42,722 bases of DNA, from positions 29,741,188 through 29,783,909 of the forward strand of contig NC_068985.1 of the NCBI RefSeq assembly GCF_001194135.2. Reading direction: 5' to 3'. The notes beneath the pieces were generated by a model, which saw only the letters and a program-made list of their open reading frames with translations, searched no databases and was not told where the DNA came from. A program made the translations under genes and the position numbers. Of the stretch, positions 1 through 10,945 are shown in pieces. Source of the DNA: Octopus bimaculoides. Its lineage: Eukaryota. Each line of letters opens with the position of its first letter. Position 1 is the stretch's first letter.

Positions 1-12
1 GTATGTGTGGTA

Positions 13-272
13 TGACGTCAGTGTCTGGGGAGGCTGACCGGAAGGGCGAGTCGACCGGAAGGGGAAACAGGGCAGAGGGAGCCTCGATCGGCGTTCGTGC
101 CCTTTTCGAACGGGGCTGCGGTCAGGACAAGACGTGTTAAGCGACGGTCTAGGTTTGAGAAAGTTTGGGAGAAGCAGCTGCTATACCTGGTGTACCTTGG
201 GTCGGGGCAAGCTTCAAGGATCGGATACCGCAAGACGGACTCGCAGTCGAGGAAAGGAAAACCGAGGTAAGG
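13..272 (+). promoter_or_regulatory. Candidate CpG-rich promoter and non-coding first exon of an unidentified plus-strand gene
   Basis: Palindromic CRE TGACGTCA (13-20); two copies of GACCGGAAGGG containing the ETS/GABP core (36-46, 53-63); GC/CpG-rich run ending at the donor GAG|GTAAGG (267-272), followed by AT-rich sequence. Confidence 0.5.
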
Positions 273-956
273 CGATTACATCTACTCGTACGCACACACC
301 ACAGTATGTAAATTTGTTTAAGATCATAAATATAAATTACTCACGAAGACTCGCTGAAAAGTTAATGGACGATATATGTTGGGTTACATACTCGATTCTG
401 ACCAGACTATCGCAACGACACAAGTTGACAAAAGAATTTAGTGCTCCCCCCCCAACCCCTGAAATTCAATGTAGTCACAAAACATTTTATCGCGTTGTAT
501 TCAGTTACTTCCAACATAATTGTTTGCTCATTCCACAGTATTGATTTCTGACCGACACTGATCTACATTTGGAGGTGTATAGTCAATTGTATATCAAGTG
601 GTTATCAACGCCGGTTTTAGATACATAATTACCTAAAACGTTGACCGACATTAAGCTTAATTTCTTTATATCACATTAAGCAAAGAAAAAAAAAATGCAT
701 AGTTGCATGTATAAGACAAACCTAAGTCGCCAAAATTAGGATGTGATAGTCCGTACGAAAAACCATTGAAGTCAGTCATAATTATAGGACAACCTTAGAA
801 AAAGACTGTCACTTGACAGAGAGAAGCTCTTGTGGTCAAACGCGTGTTAGTGTTCCCTTCACTGAACATCTGCACTATAGCCAACTGCCGAATTGACAAC
901 GTAACAGGACTGCAGACCTGTTAAGACGAACAACCCTACTTAATTGTCACAGTTAC

Positions 957-1348
957 TCTTTTACTTGTTTCAGTCATTTGACTGCGGCCATGCTGGAGCA
1001 CAGCCTTTAGTCGAGCAAATCGACCCCATAACTTATTCTTTGGAAGCCTAGTACTTATTCTATCGATCTCTTTAGCCGAACCGCTAAGTTACGGGGACGG
1101 AAACACACCAGCATCGGTTGTCAAGCGATGTTGGGGGGGGGGACAAACAGACACATATACACACATATACACACACATACATATATACGACGGTCTTCTT
1201 TCAGTTTCCGTCTACCAAATCTACTCACAAGGCTTTGGTCGGCCCGAGGCTATAGTAGAAGACACTTGCGCAAGGTGCCACGCAGTGGGACTGAACCCAG
1301 AACCATGTGGTTGGTAAGCAAGCTACTTACCACACAGCCACTCCCGCG
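957..1348 (-). mobile_element. tRNA-derived SINE family A (octopus OR/OK-like, internal CA/TA microsatellite), full length
   Basis: Head GGAGTGGCTGTGTGGTAAG...GGTTCAGTCCC (A- and B-box-like), CCTTGxGCAAGTGTCTT core; near-identical copies at 15180, 35876 and 40795. Confidence 0.85.
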
Positions 1349-1706
1349 AACAAGATACAATTATTGTACGTGTCAGAAATCAAATAGAAATAAACTCCCG
1401 TCCGACATCACTGCCACTCACTTGTCAACACTAACTGTAGTGGACTCTGTAAAGTAAAATTAGATTTTACTGAATTGTAATTAAATCAGTACCGACTGCA
1501 GGCAATAGCAATATCTCCTCGAACCAGTCATAGTGACAGATTATTAGAGAGAAAGAAAAAAAAAAGTGGAAAAGGCAATTCACTAGGCAACTGAAAAGAG
1601 ACTCCATAAGTAAGCCTTTCTATGGGCACAAAGTCTAATTTTTTGGAGGAGGGTCACGTCGACTCCAGCTTTTTTAAATATATTTTAAAAATATTCATAT
1701 ACATTA

Positions 1707-1933
1707 TGTATGTTAACATGTATTAATATATACAGATTTTTTAAAATGAATTTATAACTACGTAAGTAAAAAAAGTTGATTGCCTAATTCGAGTTTTATT
1801 TTAATTCTTATATGTATAAGAATTAAAATAAAACTCTAAAGCAATCAACTTTTTTTTTTTTTTTTTACATACGCATACATAGTTATAAATTCAATTTTAA
1901 AAATCTGTATATATTAATACACGTCAACATACA
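1707..1933. repeat. Fold-back palindrome (about 105-120 bp arms, 2-nt loop), MITE-like
   Basis: Centre ...TTAATTCTTATA-tg-TATAAGAATTAA...; the arms match out to tgtatgttaacatgtattaatatatacaga; the right arm runs into a gap. Confidence 0.75.
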
Positions 1934-2271
1934 ANNNNNNNNNNNNNNNNNNNNNNNNNNNNNNNNNNNNNNNNNNNNNNNNNNNNNNNNNNNNNNNNNN
2001 NNNNNNNNNNNNNNNNNNNNNNNNNNNNNNNNNNNNNNNNNNNNNNNNNNNNNNNNNNNNNNNNNNNNNNNNNNNNNNNNNNNNNNNNNNNNNNNNNNNN
2101 NNNNNNNNNNNNNNNNNNNNNNNNNNNNNNNNNNNNNNNNNNNNNNNNNNNNNNNNNNNNNNNNNNNNNNNNNNNNNNNNNNNNNNNNNNNNNNNNNNNN
2201 NNNNNNNNNNNNNNNNNNNNNNNNNNNNNNNNNNNNNNNNNNNATATATATATATATATATATATATATAA

Positions 2272-2600
2272 AGCCGTTGCCAGTACCGCCTGACTGGCCT
2301 CCGTAGGATTTTCGAGCGAGATCGTTGCCAGTGCCCCTGGACTGGCTTGTGCGGGTGGCACATAAAAGACACCATTTCGAGCGTGGCCGTTGCCAGTATC
2401 GCCTGACTGGCCTTCGTGCAGGTGACACGTAAAATCACCTACTACACTCTGAGTGGTTGGCGTTAGGAAGGGCATCCAGCTGTAGAAACTGCCAAATTTA
2501 GATTGGAGCCTGGTGTTGTCATCCGGTTTCACCAGTCCTGAGTCAAGTCGTCCAACCCATGCTAGCATGGAAAGCGGACGTTAAACGATGATGATGATGA
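2272..2600 (+). mobile_element. 5'-truncated non-LTR retroelement 3' end (RTE-like 3' UTR) with (GAT)n tail, family D
   Basis: Shares GTTAGGAAGGGCATCCAGCTGTAGAAACT and CCAACCCATGCTAGCATGGAAAGCGGACGTTAAACGATGATGAT with the copies at 10135 and 26675. Confidence 0.7.
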
Positions 2601-4712
2601 TAAACATAGCCACGTTTGTAGAGAGTAGGGATTTACATTTGATCACTGTACCAGTCTTACAGAATATTCAGGTTAAGCTGAGTAGCAACTCAGTATGGGA
2701 CCTGGAATTTCTGAAAACCTTCGAGAAGCATTATTTTCAGTTGTCTACCTGATACTTACGAACTGGACAGATAATCCTTTGAGCTAGTTTTTAAAGAAGC
2801 TACTTACATCAATAAAGTGCCACTAGAATAGAGGAGTCATGGATAAACACTACAGAACTTGTTTCGAAGACCAATTGTTTTAGATCAATGATCGACCAGC
2901 CAGAGTCGCATCATTTCAGCAATAACAGTTTAAAAAAAAAAAAAAACTTGCTGCAATAAGTTCGAGATTTAATGACCCAGAGTTTACCAACTATATGTAA
3001 ACGAATAGAAACCGGAGTATACAGACAAACCATGCAAGAAATTCGTTTTCACCGTCTGACAATCTCCAAATTGTAGCGAAGACATTGAAATTGATTCACG
3101 TATGCTCTAGACTCGGTAAATGCACCGTAGCATTGTAATACAGTAAAGAGAAATCTAAGTAGTGACAAACGAACATTACACATGCATAACATTGCTGAAT
3201 TATTCCCTCTCAAAGGGTTCACTGAATTAAGGCGTATAACGACCAAAAAAAAACAAAAAAACAAATAAAAAAACAACTTTCAGTTAAATTACTGTATAGT
3301 CCATAATATAGCTAGAAATACAGCTAGGGAAAAAGACGATTTTAGTTAACTGATCACTTCCATTTTCTGCAAAGCACGGTAAATACCTTTGAACAAGTTT
3401 TTGAAAGGTTCTTAGCTCTTCAGCTAAGTATAATTAGTAGCGTAATTAGTGCAGTGGTGGCGAATAAATAGAAAAAAAGGAAAAAAAAAAAAAAACACTA
3501 AATTCTAAAATTTCTAATGTTTGGATATCGTCGACTGAGTTATAGTAGAAATAAAAATCTAATAAGCCATGACATATTGCAGGAACCAATAAGTTTTAGT
3601 ATTTAAGTTTTGCCATCAAATTGGTTAATCTATAGCTGATGTCACTGGAAGCTACAGTTTGTTACCAAATTCTCAATCCCCAAAGTTGACAAAATGGATT
3701 ATAGGAATGTTTAGCAGTTATAAACTTTAAACAATTTAAAATATAAATAAAATGAAATCGAAGCCAAATTTACCTCCTGATTATCTTGTCTATGAAAATG
3801 TGAATATGTACATCGGAAATATTTCTTACATCGGTATAGCTTATTTTCTCTGTTCGGGAATTTTAACCGAGTTACTTAATGATTTCTTTTTGCTTAGGCA
3901 CGAAAGCCCTATTTTTGTGTTATAGAAAGAACAGATCGAGTCTCACACTTCCTAAAAAGGCATTAATAGTAGAGAATAAGTCATGTAAGCTTGCACCAAA
4001 CGCGAAATGAAGCTGTGCCGCCAGAAAGTACACTTGCTGCACAACGTTCGATTTAACTTTCGACTAAATATAGTTAAACTTGTCCTATTTATATAGGAAC
4101 TGCACAGGGTACATATATTAAATAGCAAAAATTTGTAAGGATAAATGCAAGCGAGTAGTTTTGATTAAACAAAAACGAGTAAATATAAATAACAGACCGA
4201 GCAGTGGTGGTTTCAAATAACAGACGTGGAGCTGGAACAATTTGAAATTACATTAATTCTACTGAATCTTTGGAGGAATGGTGCGAGTTAGAAAATTAAA
4301 TGTTTTTATATCAATGTAAATAAGAACATTGATGCAGTTTCAATTCCTGGTTCAAAATAGTTTCTTTCACTGGAATGAAAGATTTTAAATGAAAAAAAAA
4401 AAAAAAGATATTACAAATATAGACAACAGATACATAGACAATTGATGTGGGATGGTATAAAATAAAAAAACCCACCCCACTTATTTAGTGTCAATAACGA
4501 GGTGCCCAGGATCCTAGATAATTATTTTGTTCGCTTACACCAATATATTAGTTATTTGTAATTGGATGAAACTGCTTAGCTGTTAAATTTTACCGTTGTA
4601 GGTGAGCAGGACAAGAATGTTTTGTTACCGAAATCAAGATATTATCAAATTATTTCAGCGCAGTTTAGGACAGTTGATAACTTTCACTGGTAATGTCTTC
4701 ATATTCCTACAG

Positions 4713-4772
4713 GAAAGAACCAGCTTAAAATCCGACGAGAACTGAAGAGAAAGCACAACGGGCAATTAAAAG
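4713..4772 (+). other. Possible 60-nt internal exon of the plus-strand transcript
   Basis: tcttcatattcctacAG acceptor and weak AG|GTATTG donor; only one frame is open (KNQLKIRRELKRKHNGQLK); no homology recognised. Confidence 0.15.
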
Positions 4773-5637
4773 GTATTGCATGATCAAAGACCAAAGTGGA
4801 ATCCTTGTTAACACATGAAGATAATGTATTAGTTTCATGAAATGAAGACAATACCACAAATTACAATATTCAGGTATTCTGCTGCTGTGTAATTATCAGA
4901 AAGGACCACGGAACAATGTATTTGGTGTAGTGTTGCTCGTTTAGTCCAACTATGTACTACAGTATTGAACATCGTGTACATATAGTTGTGAACTGAGGCT
5001 GGTATACTGCAATGTAGCATGAAATAAATATTGGTGCACAGAATAAAATATTTCCAGACTGTTGTAACAGAGGATGAATGGTAGAAAGGTGATTTGCAAT
5101 ATGCCAGCAGATATGCAACCTGAAGTAACAGTTTTTCATGAAAGAGCGTGGTAGAATTTACAAACAAATCTGAACAGCAAAAATTGGCAGCACAGTGGGG
5201 CATAATTAACTGGTATTTATCGCATAAAATGAACTTGATTCACGGTGGAACGCAACAAAAAGGTATGCGAGTCAAGTGGATGAAAGCATTAACAATCCAT
5301 TGTGCAGACGTCAGATGAAATTCTGAACCGGTGTAAATCCAATGTAAGGTAACGACGAATTGATCCAGCGACTCGATGATAAACGTTTACGGTTGAGCAA
5401 GAAAAAAAAAGAAGCAAATTGACTGGAATACTGGTGGAAATCGATTTATAACCAATAGTGATGTGTCACATTACTTGGTGGAGGTAGTAATTTTAAACCA
5501 ACAATAGTAAAATAGTTCAATGGAGTAGCTTAGTTGAATAACTAGTGTGGTTTGGAGGCTGCAATGCTAAGCTGATGACTGCCTATGAAAAATGACAGCG
5601 TGAATCCAGGACATTATTCTCCTCCAGTACATTGCTT

Positions 5638-5868
5638 CTAATAGGAGCGGATGCGACCGACAAGACCGATACGAGAGGGCACTGAAAGCAACGGCCTGTT
5701 GATGACGTCTCCTTTCTTCATGCATTCGGATTCAAAGCGATCTATTCCAGCATCACACACGGACTTCCATGCCTTCCGATTAACAGTCAACGCCTTCAGC
5801 CGATTGGGAAGGACACTGCATGAAACAAGAGACCGCGACAATGGTGGGATAATTAAGAGAGCTGGCAC
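5638..5868 (-). mobile_element. Decayed RTE-clade LINE ORF2 C-terminal fragment
   Basis: SLVSCSVLPNRLKALTVNRKAWKSVCDAGIDRFESE...SRIGLVGRIRSY resembles the RTE/BovB C-terminus (WExLAxDRxxW...FE...SRIGLxSHxRxH). Confidence 0.55.
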
Positions 5869-7291
5869 AACAGAAGTTCTTCAGTGACAAATAGAACTGG
5901 GGTGTTGGTAGTGCACTGGATAAATCACAACAGCATTAATGTCAAAAGACAAAACACTTCAGAAATGACAGGACATATAGCACGGCAGAATTAATGTTGA
6001 TGATGCAAGAGTTGCGAAGAGATATTACAGAAATTGTGGTTCTGGTAACACTAAAACAAAGAAGCTCAAAGCAGCAAACGTAGTCCAGTGACAAATTGAT
6101 CCATAAAGTACTAACCGCTTTCACCGAGGACTTATGTATTTATCAAAAAGGAAAACGGTAGTAACTTCACGTCCCCACTCCACATTTCATTAAACAAAAT
6201 CGGCCGAAGTTACGCTTCATCACTTCTACATCTGATTTTTTTTTTTTAAACATTTGACTTATATAAATAAAAAGACACAAAGAAAAAACACGTGATTGTT
6301 TGGGGCTAAAGACGGTGGCGGGGGAAGATGTGGAATTGTCGATTAGTCGCTGTTAAGAATCATGGATGAATTTATTTAGAGAAATTATTCCGAAATGAAA
6401 AGCGGCTTGTNNNNNNNNNNNNNNNNNNNNNNNNNNNNNNNNNNNNNNNNNNNNNNNNNNNNNNNNNNNNNNNNNNNNNNNNNNNNNNNNNNNNNNNNNN
6501 NNNNNNNNNNNNNNNNNNNNNNNNNNNNNNNNNNNNNNNNNNNNNNNNNNNNNNNNNNNNNNNNNNNNNNNNNNNNNNNNNNNNNNNNNNNNNNNNNNNN
6601 NNNNNNNNNNNNNNNNNNNNNNNNNNNNNNNNNNNNNNNNNNNNNNNNNNNNNNNNNNNNNNNNNNNNNNNNNNNNNNNNNNNNNNNNNNNNNNNNNNNN
6701 NNNNNNNNNNNNNNNNNNNNNNNNNNNNNNNNNNNNNNNNNNNNNNNNNNNNNNNNNNNNNNNNNNNNNNNNNNNNNNNNNNNNNNNNNNNNNNNNNNNN
6801 NNNNNNNNNNNNNNNNNNNNNNNNNNNNNNNNNNNNNNNNNNNNNNNNNNNNNNNNNNNNNNNNNNNNNNNNNNNNNNNNNNNNNNNNNNNNNNNNNNNN
6901 NNNNNNNNNNNNNNNNNNNNNNNNNNNNNNNNNNNNNNNNNNNNNNNNNNNNNNNNNNNNNNNNNNNNNNNNNNNNNNNNNNNNNNNNNNNNNNNNNNNN
7001 NNNNNNNNNNNNNNNNNNNNNNNNNNNNNNNNNNNNNNNNNNNNNNNNNNNNNNNNNNNNNNNNNNNNNNNNNNNNNNNNNNNNNNNNNNNNNNNNNNNN
7101 NNNNNNNNNNNNNNNNNNNNNNNNNNNNNNNNNNNNNNNNNNNNNNNNNNNNNNNNNNNNNNNNNNNNNNNNCCTGTTAATACAACCCTTTTTTTTAAAC
7201 ATTAGTTTAAACTACCATTGATAATGGGACAGCTAGTTTCCACTTTTTTGGAAAATATCTATGTCAAGTTCCTTTAAAATGTAAGCATAAC

Positions 7292-8765
7292 TTACCTTTT
7301 AGGTATTTTGTTGGTGTCCATTTTTGTAACCCACCAATGGAAATCAGTTTCTTCTTCGTAATTTATCAATCTTGGGAGGTACTCCGGGTCCGCCACTGTA
7401 CAGCAAACGTTCTCGGGCAACCCTCCTATTCTCGTTATGTCCACTTCTATTGCTTTTTCTCATGTCTTTATCTCGTTGCAAAGTTCTTCTTTATTCCTGT
7501 TATATAATATAACAAATTTATCCATGGGCCGGGGTGGGGAAATTTGGGGCTCCTGTGTGTTTGTGCTTGTGTTTATGTCAGGCGGGGTATGGGGAGGGTT
7601 GGTGTCGGTAGGGGTGGTTGGGGTAGAGTGGGTGTTGGTGAGAGCCGGATGGGTGTGGGTTAGGGGTCGTCCTTTACAACGTGTGTTCTCTTTCTCCTCT
7701 TCCTTCTCTTTTTACCGCCATTTCCCAGCTGGTATTTACCTCTTCTTCCTCGACGCTGGTACTGGTCTTTGTCTGTGGTGCCGCTTCACTCTCCTCGTGC
7801 TTTTCCTCAATCTTCACGGGCAGTGGAGCACCAACCACTTTCTCACTCTCTTGCTTTTCCTTAGCCTTCACAGGTGGTGGAGTACAATCCGCTCTAATGT
7901 GGCCTTTCAGGCCACATTTATAGCATTGCGGAATCCTCCCTTCCACTCTGACTTTCAGCGTCACGTCTGCGACTGTGATTGTCTCCGCCATACTTTCAAT
8001 ATCTTCTGGGTTAATCTGTACCACCATGTCCAGACTCTGCCCTTGACAGTTTCTGGAGGGTGTTCTGGTGGCCTGCAGGACCACCACCTTTTCTTCCATG
8101 CCTAGCAGTATGACAGCCACCAGCCAGGCTACATTCACTTCTGGTGGTATGTCTTCTACCCTAACTCTGGAAGCAAGTCTCCCACGGTATACGGGTAGAA
8201 GCACCACTTCTTCGGTTTTTAATGGTGTGGCTGAGTGCAGTCTGGCGATAGCTATCTCCCGAAACTGAACTTCCACCGTTCCGTACTTTCTTCCTTTGGC
8301 AAGTAGGATATCTCTTGCCAGACTGGCCTCAACACCTTTTCAACTTGTGCCTCCGATACCACTTCTATTTTTCTTATTGCCAACGCGTATGTCCTGTAAA
8401 CAATCGTTCTCTCTCCCTTATCCTTTAACACTTCTTTGGGGGTGGGGAACACTTTCACGTCGTTCCTCTCCCTTTTAAATATTTCCTTGAACTTGCTCAG
8501 CTCTTCCAGACATATGTCTTCAATTTTTCCCTTTGCTGCTGCAGCATAATTCCTTGTTTCTATTGCTGCGTCAATCTTGTTCAAACATTTCACCATTTCT
8601 TCCTCAGATGACACAAATTCTGAAGAAGAATAATTTAAATCCTCACAACTCATCACACGACGCCCCTCCATTAAACAAAAGGGAAAACGTCGCACCACTA
8701 AGACAGCAAAAAAACACGTGTGTTACAAACAAAGACAGCAGTCGAACTAACCAAAACGATAAATT
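7292..8765 (-). mobile_element. Decayed ORF1/gag-like element with RRM-like segment and CCHC zinc knuckle; about 450 aa after repairing two frameshifts and one stop; no pol visible
   Basis: ORFs 8252-8698 and 7674-8276 join through a 1-nt frameshift near 8305 (ISYL/AKGRKYGTVEVQF). It carries RNYAAAAKGK, VRVEDIPPEV and CYKCGLKGHIRADC (C-X2-C-X4-H-X4-C). The frame resumes through a Pro/Thr-rich tract to KIPKR* at 7292. Confidence 0.7.
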
Positions 8766-8795
8766 GGAAGCAAGCTTCTTACCACACAGTCATAC
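8766..8795 (-). mobile_element. SINE family A head fragment abutting the 5' end of the zinc-knuckle element
   Basis: The reverse complement reads atgactgtgtggtaagaagcttgcttccaa, i.e. the A-box part of the family A head. Confidence 0.55.
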
Positions 8796-9224
8796 CAAAA
8801 ATGTTTCAAAAAGAAATGATAGAGAATTAATAGAAATCGTTATATCGTAATAGGATACGTTCTTACCACAAAAGAGGTTATATTGATCAAGTTTTTACTA
8901 TAACGGTGCTTCTGTTGTATAATTCGAATTTTATTTTGCTTACGCGGCGCTTTGCAAACCAGTGTATAAGTTTATATACTATGTCTATATACTTCAGACT
9001 AGCTAATTCGATTTCGTTTTGGAAGTGACACGAGTATATGATATTGAGGAGTTGCAACAACGGAGAAATACGTATCTATTGCTCTCGCAGTCATTTCTGA
9101 GGCGATTTCGTTACACTTAGCTCTGAAGTATATTGTGTTTTGTCTGTACAAGAATTTTTCCTGGACGACAAGCGCAGTTTCTGACTTTTCAACTATTCAT
9201 ATACATACATCACATATGTTATAT

Positions 9225-9370
9225 TGGTTTCAAATTTTGTCACAAGGCCAGCAATTTTGGGGGAGGGTGTAATTCGATTACATTGACCCCAATGCTCAAC
9301 CGGTACTTATTTTATCGTCCCTGAAAGGATGAAAGACAAAGTTAATCTCGGCGGAATTTGAACTCATAAC
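9225..9370 (-). mobile_element. tRNA-derived SINE family C, partial
   Basis: Shares TTCAAATTTTGxCACAAGGCCAGC...GGTACTTATTTTATC...GAAAGGATGAAAG...GGAATTTGAACTC with many copies; B-box GAGTTCAAATTCC on the minus strand. Confidence 0.75.
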
Positions 9371-9425
9371 GATTGTTATATTAATAAAGCTTTTTCTATA
9401 GAACTGCTTCCCCTTGCATAATTCG

Positions 9426-9426
<1 letters not shown>

Positions 9427-9467
<41 letters not shown>
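9427..9467. repeat. (CA)n microsatellite
   Basis: About 20 CA units seen directly. Confidence 0.95.
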
Positions 9468-9469
<2 letters not shown>

Positions 9470-10134
9470 ATGATACTGAAACTATGCTAGGTCATTAGGT
9501 GTTTTGTCTGTTACTCAATGGTAATACTTGATGTTGAACAATTTTTCTAGACAGCGAAAGTATCAGTAATTTCTTATTGAAATAAGAAACGGAAGTTAAA
9601 ATTTCCAAGTGAGAGAGCAAGAGTAGGAGGTATTGTTTTCTTGCGATATAAAAGCAATGAAGGCGAAGTTTTCAAATTTGTAATTCATCAAGGAAGAGTA
9701 ATTTACTACTTAGCAACACTACATGAACAGAGAATTTTTAGTCAGAGAGTAACAGTGAAAGGTGCTACCTATACAGTAACAGGTAGCAGGTTTTCAGTCA
9801 TATAGCAAGAGCTACTGGCGGATGATAGATATTTACTCAGTGTCACAACAAAGAAGAGCAGGTTTTATAATCAGATAGCAACAGTGAAGACAGTTATCTA
9901 AATATCAATAGAGAAGTATTCATCTCGTTCATAAGGCAGCTAAAACGGGTAAAAGAGAGAAAACAGTTTTGTAGTAAGGTAGTAAGACAAATGCAAATAA
10001 ATCTGTTTAACTTTATTCAAATATAATTTAAAAAAACACATAATATAGAGACAAATATGTTTAAATCAGCATTGCTTTGAGTATGGCAGCTGAAACCAGT
10101 ACAAGAATATGCACACACACACACACACACACAC

Positions 10135-10283
10135 TGCCAGATCAGATTGGAGCCGGGTGCAGCCATCTGGTTCACCAGTCNNNNNNNNNNGATTGGAGCC
10201 GGGTGCAGCCATCTGGTTCACCAGTCCTCAGTCAAATCGTCCAACCCATGCTAGCATGGAAAGCGGACGTTAAACGATGATGA
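10135..10283 (+). mobile_element. Family D LINE-tail fragment (with an assembly-duplicated segment across a 10-N gap)
   Basis: Same 3' end and (GAT)n tail as 2272-2600 and 26675-27099. Confidence 0.7.
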
Positions 10284-10309
10284 ATGGACCCTCTTGTCGA
10301 AGACTACGT

Positions 10310-10566
10310 ATGAGCATTCAGGTTTTGACAATCGACCTGCACAAATGATTTGTTTATAGAGATCAAATGTTCGTGCCCCACATTAGCTCATTCTCTCCAT
10401 CAAATCGACATTGTCTGAACAGGTGCATGGTATAACAACACATCGAAATGATTGCAGAGTAACGTGAGATAAAGTGTTTTGCTCAAGAACACAGCACACC
10501 ATCCGGTCCAGGGATTGAAATCACGATTGTTAGTACAACACCCTAAATACTAGGCCATGCGCCCTC
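10310..10566 (-). mobile_element. tRNA-derived SINE family B
   Basis: Minus-strand head GGCGCATGGCCTAGT...GATTTCAATCCC followed by GTGTTCTTGAGCAAAACACTTTAT; related copy at 21584. Confidence 0.6.
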
Positions 10567-10689
10567 ATGAACAATATATATATTTACAAAATAGTATATT
10601 GTATATGCATTCTTAATTATACATAGTATATATGTATGAATCTATGTATGCATGTTTGTTTGTTTCGTTGTGTGTGTGTATATGTGTAT

Positions 10690-10945
10690 AGGCCGCTTCG
10701 CCCCCCTGTCTTCGTCCGTCCAGTTTGCACGCGCGCGGCTTTGCTCCGGCGTCGCCGTCGCTGCTGCAGGTTTGCGGGAAACAAACGAGGCAGGCGTCGT
10801 CGTCGCACACGTTGCGGTAGCGCGTCCACCTCTCGGTCGTTTCGGCCCGCACGGTTCCTCCGAGAGTGCTCTTCGCCGAGTGTCCGAGGCGGCCGGTACG
10901 TTCACTGTGTATAATTTCCAGGATTCAAGAGAATCAGGTACTTAA
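10690..10945. promoter_or_regulatory. CpG-island-like segment; candidate promoter or first exon
   Basis: About 210 bp of GC-rich, CpG-dense sequence in an AT-rich background; plus-strand donor-like sites CCG|GTACGT (10896) and CAG|GTACTT (10938). Confidence 0.35.

Noticed and set aside
7437-8105. Plus-strand 222-aa ORF and other antisense ORFs over the zinc-knuckle element
   Set aside because: Shadow frames of the minus-strand ORF1/gag-like sequence with no motifs of their own.
10135-10230. Tandem duplication around the 10-N gap (also at 20731-20797)
   Set aside because: Identical sequence on both sides of a minimal gap is typical of unmerged contig overlap, not biology.
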